The position numbers were made by a program, and so were the translations under genes. Below are positions 56,315-64,000 of a stretch of 64,000 bases of DNA, piece by piece (positions within the stretch are counted from its first letter, which is position 1; the number at the start of each line of letters is the position of its first letter). The stretch spans positions 17,120 through 81,119 of the forward strand of contig JBAZZC010000002.1 in the NCBI GenBank assembly GCA_041658985.1, written 5' to 3'. The DNA is from Minisyncoccota bacterium (lineage in GTDB: Bacteria; Patescibacteriota; Minisyncoccia; Phycocordibacterales; DATDWN01). The notes under the pieces are model-generated. The model ran no database searches. It saw nothing but the letters and a program-made list of their open reading frames with translations, and had not been told where the DNA came from.

Positions 56315-57256
56315 TTATTTTTCTATATAATTTAGACTGGCTTTTACTAGTTTTGCAACATCTTTGAATCGTCCATCTACACTGGAACCCAAGACAACCA
56401 CAATAACCGGCCTACCAATGGACGAATCAAAGGCTATAGCCAAATTTCCTCCAGCCATGTTTGTAAAACCAGTTTTTGAGGCTAAAAGTCCAGGTATTTG
56501 GTCAACGTCAATGTTAGTGTTTTTTGCTAGATGTGTTTTATCTAGGGAGGAAATATTTAAAGTTTGATATCTTGTCGCCTCTAAAATTTCAGGGTGATTT
56601 TCTAAGATATACCCCAATAATTTACTGACATCAATAGCAGAGCCATAACCCCCAGATGTAACTCCATCATCCAGACCGCTTTCATTTGTAAAATATGTTT
56701 GTTTTAAGCCCAATTCATTTGCTTTTTCATTCATTTTTAATACAAAATCTTTCCTGCCAAGATTATAATCGTCTGTTTTTAGGTTGGTTGCGCCTATAAC
56801 AGAAGCCACTGACCTTGCGCCGTCATTTGAAGAAACCATTAAAGAAAAGTCTAAAAGGTCTTTTAGTTTCCATGACTCATCAGCCAATAACCCTGTATCC
56901 CCTTCTTCTTTTAGAAATTCTTTTTTGATGGTAACTTGAGAATTGTTTGGTACTAGTTCTGTAGCGGTGAGGGCCATCATCAATTTAGTAACTGAAGCAA
57001 GAGGAAGTTGGGTAAACTCGTTTTTTTTGAAAATAACTTCATTTTTTACAACGTCAAAAACATAAGCAGATTTTGCTTCTAATTCTATTCCGTCAAAAAC
57101 TCTTGAACTTATCTTTTCATTATAAACAATCGTTTCTTTTTTTATTGGTTTGTTTAGTACAGCATAAATCATAAAAACCATACTAACAATCAATATAACT
57201 AAGACGCCGTCTAATACTAATAATTTTTTTGATATTGTTTGTGTTTCTTCTGGCAT
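56315..57256 (-). CDS. D-alanyl-D-alanine carboxypeptidase (peptidase S11)
   Basis: ASVTKLM (SxxK), SSN, KTG. Confidence 0.9.
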   Translation of the reverse strand: MPEETQTISKKLLVLDGVLVILIVSMVFMIYAVLNKPIKKETIVYNEKISSRVFDGIELEAKSAYVFDVVKNEVIFKKNEFTQLPLASVTKLMMALTATELVPNNSQVTIKKEFLKEEGDTGLLADESWKLKDLLDFSLMVSSNDGARSVASVIGATNLKTDDYNLGRKDFVLKMNEKANELGLKQTYFTNESGLDDGVTSGGYGSAIDVSKLLGYILENHPEILEATRYQTLNISSLDKTHLAKNTNIDVDQIPGLLASKTGFTNMAGGNLAIAFDSSIGRPVIVVVLGSSVDGRFKDVAKLVKASLNYIEK

Positions 57257-57260
57257 ATTT

Positions 57261-57818
57261 TTAGTTTAATTCTTCTAACTCTACTTCTTCTTTTTCTTCC
57301 ACAACCTCTAATTGTTTTCTCGTTTCCTCATATTCTGGTAGATCTGAGACCTGACCCAAGCCCAAAAACCTTAAAGCATCACTGGTTACAGTATAACTCA
57401 TAATTCTTGTATCTGTCTCATTATTTTTTCTTTCTATTAAACCTCGGAGTAATAAGGTTCTTAGGGCATATTGTGAGTTAACTCCCCTAATGTATTCAAC
57501 CTCCTTTTTACTAATTGGCCCCTTGTAAGCAATAATTGATAACGTCTCAATTCCAGCTCTTCCCAAGTCTCCCTCTCTTTCCTCTTTGACCATTTTTTCT
57601 ATTATTGCTGAATATTCAGGGGCAGTTACCAAAGTGACCTCATCACTATGCATAACCAGCCTGACCCCCCTATTATCTAGATTTCGTTTTAATTCATTTA
57701 ACGTCTGTTTTGTTTCTTCAGTAGAAATCTCTAAAATCTTGGCCAAAAAATCTATCCTAACTGGTTCAGCAATATAAAAAAGTATGGCTTCTATTTTTTG
57801 AATTAAATTATTTTGCAT
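57261..57818 (-). CDS. scpB: SMC-Scp subunit ScpB
   Basis: IEAILF, ETLSIIAYKGP, IRGVNS, FLGL...DLP. Confidence 0.94.
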   Translation of the reverse strand: MQNNLIQKIEAILFYIAEPVRIDFLAKILEISTEETKQTLNELKRNLDNRGVRLVMHSDEVTLVTAPEYSAIIEKMVKEEREGDLGRAGIETLSIIAYKGPISKKEVEYIRGVNSQYALRTLLLRGLIERKNNETDTRIMSYTVTSDALRFLGLGQVSDLPEYEETRKQLEVVEEKEEVELEELN

Positions 57819-57819
57819 T

Positions 57820-58587
57820 TTAGTATTTTGGTGTGGCCACTAAATCAGTTTCCATATGAATATCCTGAAAATTCTTGTCTTGACGTACTTGTATAATACC
57901 TTGCTTTACCAATTCTAACATAGCTAAAAAACTTATAATGACATGTATTTTTTTCTCGCGATTAATACCCGCCTGCCCGCCATAGTTTGAGCCTTGCGAT
58001 GACTGGCGGGAAAAGTCTTTAAAACTCATTTTCATGTTTTCCGTGATTCTCTTGGCAAGGTTGTCCATCATTTCTTCTAGAGAAATAACTTTTTGTACAA
58101 TAGTTTTTGGTACGAATTCTTTTTTGGGTATCTGCTGGATAATTAGTTTGATTGTTTCGGTTATTTTGTCGATTGTGGTGTTTTTGTCTGGAGCAAAAAC
58201 CACCACCTTTTCTTTTGACGGCAATCGCAAATATTCAACATGGATGTTAAATCGTTCCCTCAAATGACGGCTTAAAGCTTTGTATTTTTGATATTCTCGA
58301 AGCCTAGCCTCTAAATCTTCAATATTGTGTTCCTCTTCTTCCGAAAGCGTAAGCGTTGGCAACAAAGATTTGGATTTAATTAAAACCAAAGTAGAGGCAA
58401 TGAGAATAAAATGGGCCGAATCAGCAATCGGAAAGTCCTCCAAGCTCTTTATATAGGCAATATAGTCGTCTGCTACTTGGGCTAGAGAAATATCGTTTAT
58501 AAAAAGCTTTCTCTTTTCTATAAGGGAAAGTAGGGTGTCTAACGGTCCTTCAAAAATATGAGTTTTGACTTGATATTCAGAATCCAT
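57820..58587 (-). CDS. scpA: SMC-Scp kleisin ScpA
   Basis: FEGPLD.LL.LI, IKSKSLLP, FLAMLELVK. Confidence 0.94.
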   Translation of the reverse strand: MDSEYQVKTHIFEGPLDTLLSLIEKRKLFINDISLAQVADDYIAYIKSLEDFPIADSAHFILIASTLVLIKSKSLLPTLTLSEEEEHNIEDLEARLREYQKYKALSRHLRERFNIHVEYLRLPSKEKVVVFAPDKNTTIDKITETIKLIIQQIPKKEFVPKTIVQKVISLEEMMDNLAKRITENMKMSFKDFSRQSSQGSNYGGQAGINREKKIHVIISFLAMLELVKQGIIQVRQDKNFQDIHMETDLVATPKY

Positions 58588-58594
58588 GACAATG

Positions 58595-59767
58595 CTAGAG
58601 GTTAGAAGCCCTGTCACCAAATTTTAAGCTATATTTCTTGTTTTTGTATTTTTTGGCGATTATGTAGTTCATAAACCAGGTCAGACAAAACAGGATTACA
58701 AAATATATAGCCCCAGATTTACTGATTTGGGGGAGTTTATTTGCTGATAGATATCCTAAAACTCCGGAAATAACCCCAATACTTGTTATAGTTTGCAATG
58801 ATTTTAGGTTGTTGCTTGTGGCCTGATTCTTAATTTCAACTAAATTTCCTATAGCCGATGACAGATAATCCCCTGTCATTTTCCAGATTTCTTTTATATA
58901 AGAAAGAGTGTCGGTCAGTGTCTCAAATTTATATTCAAATAAAGAAATTAGGTCTTTTTCAATTTCCAAATTTTTTGCAATAGAAGACCTTGTGTTTATG
59001 TACGAGCCCATCTGATTAATTCTATTGCTAATCAGATTAATGGTTTTCTGGTACCCATCAAGCTTTCCTCTAATGCTATCCACTTCCCTACCCCTTATTA
59101 CCTTGGCTTCCTTTATGTCGGAGATTTCTTCCCAAATTGTTCTGTGAATCGAAAGATATTTTTCAAGTTGGTCTTTAAATTCTCTAAAGAAAATCTGCAT
59201 GGCGATAATTTCATAAATCGGTCGGTGTAGTTCTGAATCAGTCTCAATAAAAATAAAACGAGGAGTTTTTGACACCGTTATGCTGTCACTCGACATTTTT
59301 GTGTAAACCTTGCCAAAACTTGATTCGTCAATAATAAATTTTTTATCTGTGCTATCAAAAATACTGATTACAACTGGGTGCACTGTTTTTATGTTGGCCA
59401 AAATTTTTGGAGTTGGAGCTCCTAGTGAAAAAATGTATGATATCGCTGGGGTGAATTTTTTCTCCAAGTATTCTTCAAGTAATTTTTGTGCTTCTAAGAT
59501 ATCATCTGTATCTTTCTCTAAAATATATAAACCATCCTCATAATAAAAAATTTTAATTTCTGATGATGTTGTGGCTTTTATATATTCCAAATAACCTGAC
59601 TCTCTAGAGATATTAGTCAAATCTAGTTCAGCTTGAAACCTTTTTAGTTCTTTTTTATCTAAATTTAAGTGAGATTCTCCTTCTGCAAATAAATTATAAA
59701 TTTCACTCAAATGGAGTGTTGTTCTCTGATACCAACCCCCATAAGTTACCTTGTATTTATTAGACAT
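58595..59767 (-). CDS. Hypothetical protein with CorA-like architecture (coiled coil plus two C-terminal TM)
   Basis: Helical body and two terminal TM helices; no GMN motif seen. Confidence 0.55.
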   Translation of the reverse strand: MSNKYKVTYGGWYQRTTLHLSEIYNLFAEGESHLNLDKKELKRFQAELDLTNISRESGYLEYIKATTSSEIKIFYYEDGLYILEKDTDDILEAQKLLEEYLEKKFTPAISYIFSLGAPTPKILANIKTVHPVVISIFDSTDKKFIIDESSFGKVYTKMSSDSITVSKTPRFIFIETDSELHRPIYEIIAMQIFFREFKDQLEKYLSIHRTIWEEISDIKEAKVIRGREVDSIRGKLDGYQKTINLISNRINQMGSYINTRSSIAKNLEIEKDLISLFEYKFETLTDTLSYIKEIWKMTGDYLSSAIGNLVEIKNQATSNNLKSLQTITSIGVISGVLGYLSANKLPQISKSGAIYFVILFCLTWFMNYIIAKKYKNKKYSLKFGDRASNL

Positions 59768-59841
59768 ATATGGGTAATTCTATAAGCTTTTTACCTTTTT
59801 TGCAATGTGTTATAATTGGATTAATAAACTAATTAAAAAAT

Positions 59842-60117
59842 ATGGAATTTTATCACTCAACTTTTAGCAATAAAGATACTACACATCCACAGTTTGAGGT
59901 TAGAAATAATAAAGTTTATGCTACTGTCCACAATAAAGATGCTGGTGGAAACAGGTCAATGCCTTGGTATGAAATAAAAGGAAACAACATTCATCCCACA
60001 GCATTTAACCCGCAAGGTCACGATACAAGACCAATGTACGAAATTAGAGGAAACGAAGTTCACACCACATTACACAATCCAAATCACAGCCAAATGCCAG
60101 TTTTTAGTATAAAATAA
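59842..60117 (+). CDS. Small His/Asn-rich repeat protein
   Basis: Three P.(F/Y)E(V/I)(R/K).N..(Y/H).T..N repeats. Confidence 0.7.
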   Translation: MEFYHSTFSNKDTTHPQFEVRNNKVYATVHNKDAGGNRSMPWYEIKGNNIHPTAFNPQGHDTRPMYEIRGNEVHTTLHNPNHSQMPVFSIK

Positions 60118-60134
60118 GCCTTGAAAATTTTGAA

Positions 60135-61121
60135 TTATCTGCAAGTATTGCTCTCCACAACCATCGTTGTTCCTACAAAATAAAATGAAATATCTGTTCC
60201 GACAGTGTTTTTTGTGTTGAAACATGCGTAGCTTGTTGCTGAACCTAATTCCCCGACGTTTATTGTAGTTGTGGCACTTGCACCAGAAGTTACGTGAAGT
60301 TTACTTTGTGGGGTTGTGGTGCCAATACCGACGTTGCCACCGTCAAGGATACTAAAAATTGTTGAACCATTATCCTGTGCTAAAAAAATTGGTGAGGTCT
60401 GAGAACCGTTATTGGCAATTAATGCTGCGGAAGTAAATGTCGGGGTGGTGTTTTGCAAGCCAAAATATCCGCCAACTTGGATTGGAGATGTAACGGCGGT
60501 ATTAAGAGCAACCCCCATCACAGCAACATTTGTGGCAGAGTCTTTGGCTACTATAGACTTACTACCCACCCCTATATTTAAAATACCACCGACGGCTTCT
60601 GTAAATACTCCCAAATTAAGACCCGTCCCAGTTCCTACGGCTGCACTATAAAGTCCCAGATTACCAAAAGGAGTACCAGTAGATACACTAATGCGTAAAT
60701 TGTTAGTAGTATTACTTACACTGTTTAAGCTTACAGTTCCTATTGTGTTACTTGAAGTAACAGAAGCTGCATTGATGCTTGTATAAAGTCCCCATTGGCC
60801 ACTTGTAGCAGAAGTATTGGGAGTTATGTTAAATCTAACAGCAGAAGTATTAGTTGTCTGGGTGGGAAAAGTTCCAGTAACATTCAGCCAATTCTCAGTT
60901 CCGTCTGTAGCAAGAGAACCGCCAGTAAGTAAAAGTTGATTACCGTCACCTTGAATTTCCAATTTTGCCCCAGGCGTTGCTGTCCCGATACCGACATTAC
61001 CATCCGTTATTATATTTGTACTGATAGTGGTAGAAGCGTAAAGACTTGTTGAAACAAAAATAATTACAGATAAAAACAACGAATAAAACAAAGTTTTATT
61101 GTTACTAAGGTTTGTAATCAT
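60135..61121 (-). CDS. Fibre/adhesin-like protein, paralogue 4 (dispersed)
   Basis: TSLYASTTISTNI, GNVGIGT.TP x2, KLHV.SGASATTT..VGELG...AC...N.CR. Confidence 0.7.
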   Translation of the reverse strand: MITNLSNNKTLFYSLFLSVIIFVSTSLYASTTISTNIITDGNVGIGTATPGAKLEIQGDGNQLLLTGGSLATDGTENWLNVTGTFPTQTTNTSAVRFNITPNTSATSGQWGLYTSINAASVTSSNTIGTVSLNSVSNTTNNLRISVSTGTPFGNLGLYSAAVGTGTGLNLGVFTEAVGGILNIGVGSKSIVAKDSATNVAVMGVALNTAVTSPIQVGGYFGLQNTTPTFTSAALIANNGSQTSPIFLAQDNGSTIFSILDGGNVGIGTTTPQSKLHVTSGASATTTINVGELGSATSYACFNTKNTVGTDISFYFVGTTMVVESNTCR

Positions 61122-61162
61122 GGCTATAATACTAATACATAAGACTACCTACCACAAGTGTT

Positions 61163-62458
61163 TTAGGGGTTCAATCTCTTAACATCTCGAGGTAGGTATG
61201 TGGCCTCTCTAACGTTTGGTAAATCAAGAATTTTCATAACAAATCTTCCTGGACCAATACCTGCGCCACCATGAGGAGGACAACCATATCTGAAAAAGTT
61301 GATATAATCTTTCAACGGCTCAAGAGACATACCTTTTTCCTCGGCTTGTTTTATCAAAACATCTACCCTGTGTTCGCGTTGAGCGAGTGTTGTAACTTCT
61401 ATTCCTCGGTATAGGAGGTCTGCACGTCTAGAAAAATCACTTCCAGCCTCTAGTCGCATGTGGTAAAAAGCGCTTTTTGATTTGTGGTATTCGGTAATGA
61501 AAACAAAATCATGGTCTTTTTCTTTTTTGACGTGCTCACAGATTGCTCTCTCTTCCTCTGGGGACAAATCATATGGTTCGCCACTTTCAACTCCCAAGTC
61601 AGCTAAAATTTTCTTTGCTTCCAAAATTGTAATTCTTGGAAAAGGTCTCTGTGGGACAGTAATATCTGTCTCTGGAAATTTTTCTAAAACAGCCTTAAAT
61701 CCTTCCACTATCATACCCTCTTCTGCATCCATGACATCATTGTGGGACTCAATATATGAAATCTCAAAATCCCAACCGGTAAATTCTGTTAAGTGTCTCG
61801 TAGTAAACGACAATTCCGCTCGAAAAACAGGGGCAACCATAAAAACCTTCTCAAACCCCGCTGCTTGAGCCATTTGCTTGTAAAATTGTGGTGATTGAGC
61901 TAGATAAGCTTTTCTATCAAAATAATTAACAGTGAATACGTCTGCACCTGTTTCCGAAGCGGTAGACATAAATGCAGGTGGGTAGAGCTGAACAAAATTA
62001 TTTTCACTCCAATATTTTCTAAAACCTTTTTCTAATTCTGTCCAAACTTGAAATATTCTTGTTTTCTCTGGCTTTCGCAAATCCAACCATCTATAATCTA
62101 ATCTAATCGGAGCATCAGTTTCTTCATCTCCACCTTTCATCACAACTGGAATTGGAAGTTCTGGGTCTGCAACAGACAAGACTTCAATGTTTTGTACAGA
62201 TATTTCATTTCCACCCATGGCTTGTTTTGCTTCCTTGACTGTACCAGTGATTTTCACCACGGACTCATGAGAAAGATTTTTTGCCGTTTCAAAAGTAGGA
62301 GAACTTGCCTCAATTACAGTTTGAATTACCCCAGTTATGTCACGAAGCAAAAGAAAAACTATTTTGCTTTGAACACGCAATGTGTGGACAAAACCATTTA
62401 CCATAATTTCCTCTCCCACATGCTGACCTATGTCTTTGTTATAAGTTCTGTTTATCAT
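61163..62458 (-). CDS. aspS: Aspartate--tRNA ligase, short archaeal-type (probably non-discriminating)
   Basis: OB-fold, RLDYRWLDLR, YLAQSPQFYKQ, FRAE...T.RHL.EF, PPHGG.G.G..R; no GAD insert. Confidence 0.9.
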   Translation of the reverse strand: MINRTYNKDIGQHVGEEIMVNGFVHTLRVQSKIVFLLLRDITGVIQTVIEASSPTFETAKNLSHESVVKITGTVKEAKQAMGGNEISVQNIEVLSVADPELPIPVVMKGGDEETDAPIRLDYRWLDLRKPEKTRIFQVWTELEKGFRKYWSENNFVQLYPPAFMSTASETGADVFTVNYFDRKAYLAQSPQFYKQMAQAAGFEKVFMVAPVFRAELSFTTRHLTEFTGWDFEISYIESHNDVMDAEEGMIVEGFKAVLEKFPETDITVPQRPFPRITILEAKKILADLGVESGEPYDLSPEEERAICEHVKKEKDHDFVFITEYHKSKSAFYHMRLEAGSDFSRRADLLYRGIEVTTLAQREHRVDVLIKQAEEKGMSLEPLKDYINFFRYGCPPHGGAGIGPGRFVMKILDLPNVREATYLPRDVKRLNP

Positions 62459-62502
62459 GTGTTTTACTTTATAGACTTTATAAACTTTAAGGACTCTCAA
62501 CT

Positions 62503-63483
62503 CTAGTATAATTTAACTCCTATTGCTTCCCTAACCTGTTCCATCTTGTGTTCTGCTTTTAATTTTGCTCTTTTGCCTCCTTCTTTCAAAACATCCAAGA
62601 CAAAATCTGTATCATGGGCTAATTGCTCTCTTTTGTCTCGTAGGGGTGCAATGAAAGTATTTATATTTTTAATAAGCAATTCTTTGGATTCTTTATGACT
62701 TATTCCACCCTTCTCATACTTTTGTCGTAAATCAAACAGCTCATCTGGTTTAGAAAATAATCTGTGCAACTTAAACACGTTGTCCTCTTCTGGATTTCTT
62801 GGCTCACTAACCGGTTTAGAATCTGTGATAATAGACATCACTGCTTTTGTGATTTCTTCCAGTGAAGCAAAAAGTGGAATAGTATTGCCATAACTTTTAC
62901 TCATTTTTCTTCCGTCAGTTCCGGGAATAACAGCTACAGTATCTAGAATTTTTGACTCAGGAAGTTTAAAAATCTCTTGTTTGAAAACAAAATTAAATTT
63001 TTGGGCAGTATCTCTAGCGTATTCAACATGCTGTTTCTGGTCTTGTCCAACGGGCACGACTTCTGTATCGTAAAGCAAAATATCTGCAGCCATAAGCATT
63101 GGGTAATTAAACTTGCCAACGCTTATTTCTTTATTGTTTGCTTCGGCATCTTTAAAAGCATGAGCACGCATGAGAAATGGCATGGTGGTTATGGTATCAA
63201 AAATCCAACATAACTCAGTGTGTTCCGAGACGTCTGATTGCTTAAAAATGATTGATTTTTGTGGGTCTAGCCCTAGAGCAAGATAGTCGGTTGCTAGATT
63301 CAAGATATTTTGTGACATTTCTTCCTTATTTTGAACGGAATTCAAAGCATGATAGTCAACTATCATATAAATAGCGTTGTGACTGTCCTGCATGTCCACA
63401 AACTGCCTAATGGCTCCAAAATAGTTACCGATGTGTAGGCTGCCACTTGGTTGTATTCCAGAAAGTAAAGTTTTTTTAGTCAT
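62503..63483 (-). CDS. trpS: Tryptophan--tRNA ligase
   Basis: SGIQPSG.LHIGNYFGA, YPMLMAADILLY, VPVG.DQ.QH, KMSKSYGN. Confidence 0.97.
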   Translation of the reverse strand: MTKKTLLSGIQPSGSLHIGNYFGAIRQFVDMQDSHNAIYMIVDYHALNSVQNKEEMSQNILNLATDYLALGLDPQKSIIFKQSDVSEHTELCWIFDTITTMPFLMRAHAFKDAEANNKEISVGKFNYPMLMAADILLYDTEVVPVGQDQKQHVEYARDTAQKFNFVFKQEIFKLPESKILDTVAVIPGTDGRKMSKSYGNTIPLFASLEEITKAVMSIITDSKPVSEPRNPEEDNVFKLHRLFSKPDELFDLRQKYEKGGISHKESKELLIKNINTFIAPLRDKREQLAHDTDFVLDVLKEGGKRAKLKAEHKMEQVREAIGVKLY

Positions 63484-63510
63484 ATGAATATTGTACACAA
63501 TTTTTTTAAC

Positions 63511-63550
63511 AAAAGAAAACCCCGCCTCGTCCGAAGACTTGGCGGGATTT
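63511..63550 (-). terminator. Terminator after the ABC gene
   Basis: Minus strand: tcccgccaagtc-ttcg-gacgaggcggggttttctttt. Confidence 0.75.
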
Positions 63551-63562
63551 GAAAGAACGACG

Positions 63563-64000
63563 TCACACAACAATCCCCTGGTCATCTGCGAGCATCCGAA
63601 ACGTTTTCGAGATGCCATAGAGCTCTTCGAACGACGAGGCTACAGCTTCTACTTGTGAGTCGCTGTTTGTCAGTTCATCGCTGGATTTGAGAACGACAAA
63701 CTTGTCGCAGAGGTGCCTTACAGTTGAAAGTCTGTGGGCAATGACCACTGCTGTGACATCACCCGACAGAAGTTTCTGTAGCCCAGCCTGAACCAGTTTT
63801 TCTGTGGTTGAGTCTAAGCTTGAAGTGGCTTCATCGATGAGCATCATTCGAGGGCGCTTGATGGCGGCCGCTCCAATAATGAGCCTTTGGGCTTGCCCAC
63901 CCGAGAGCTTGATCCCGTTTGTACCGACTTCGGTGTAAATGCCTTTTGTCAGACGTTTTCCGAAGTCAATCTGGAGGTCGCGCATGAGGCTCCAGACTTC
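63563..64000 (-). CDS. ABC transporter ATP-binding domain (C-terminal part; runs off the window)
   Basis: LSGGQAQRL, LIDEATSSLD, IAHRLSTV; visibly GC-richer than its neighbours. Confidence 0.92.
   Translation of the reverse strand, partial: EVWSLMRDLQIDFGKRLTKGIYTEVGTNGIKLSGGQAQRLIIGAAAIKRPRMMLIDEATSSLDSTTEKLVQAGLQKLLSGDVTAVVIAHRLSTVRHLCDKFVVLKSSDELTNSDSQVEAVASSFEELYGISKTFRMLADDQGIVV

Noticed and set aside
1-64000. Alternative genetic code (TGA read-through)
   Set aside because: Conserved genes are full length under code 11, and TGA ends genes such as the TlyA-like ORF, mraY and asnB.

Overview
AT-rich bacterial chromosome segment. Its gene content points to a Patescibacteria (CPR/Parcubacteria-like) genome: a C-terminally short AlaRS, short L13, short AspRS, the sigma-r4/HARE-HTH protein, an FtsA-like plus baseplate-J-like pair and few SD sequences. 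That taxonomic call is an inference. The backbone is housekeeping: ychF, leuS, mnmA, alaS, infA-rpmJ-rpsM-rpsK-rpsD-rpoA-rplQ-rplM-rpsI, grpE-dnaK-dnaJ, gltX, asnB-mraY-ftsW-murG, cfa, scpAB, aspS and trpS. The left edge holds a large serine recombinase that reads into an antisense tRNA-Ala, and the tRNA 5' end is duplicated around a small GIY-YIG gene. The most unusual signals are non-coding. (1) Several families of ~65-170 bp fold-back elements, some with compensatory base changes, sit at gene boundaries: in 5' UTRs, inside or abutting ATG codons, or filling whole stop-to-start junctions. (2) Three arrays of GC-richer orphan mini-cassettes each have their own promoter, strong SD and small ORF, closed by a near-identical 3' hairpin; one array also carries 28-bp 11-6-11 palindromes. 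(3) A synonymously recoded duplicate of the rpsI 3' end lies just downstream of the gene. (4) Four secreted fibre-like paralogues share N- and C-terminal motifs, three with identical DNA blocks, and have variable middles. All product calls come from motif recognition only; no searches were run.
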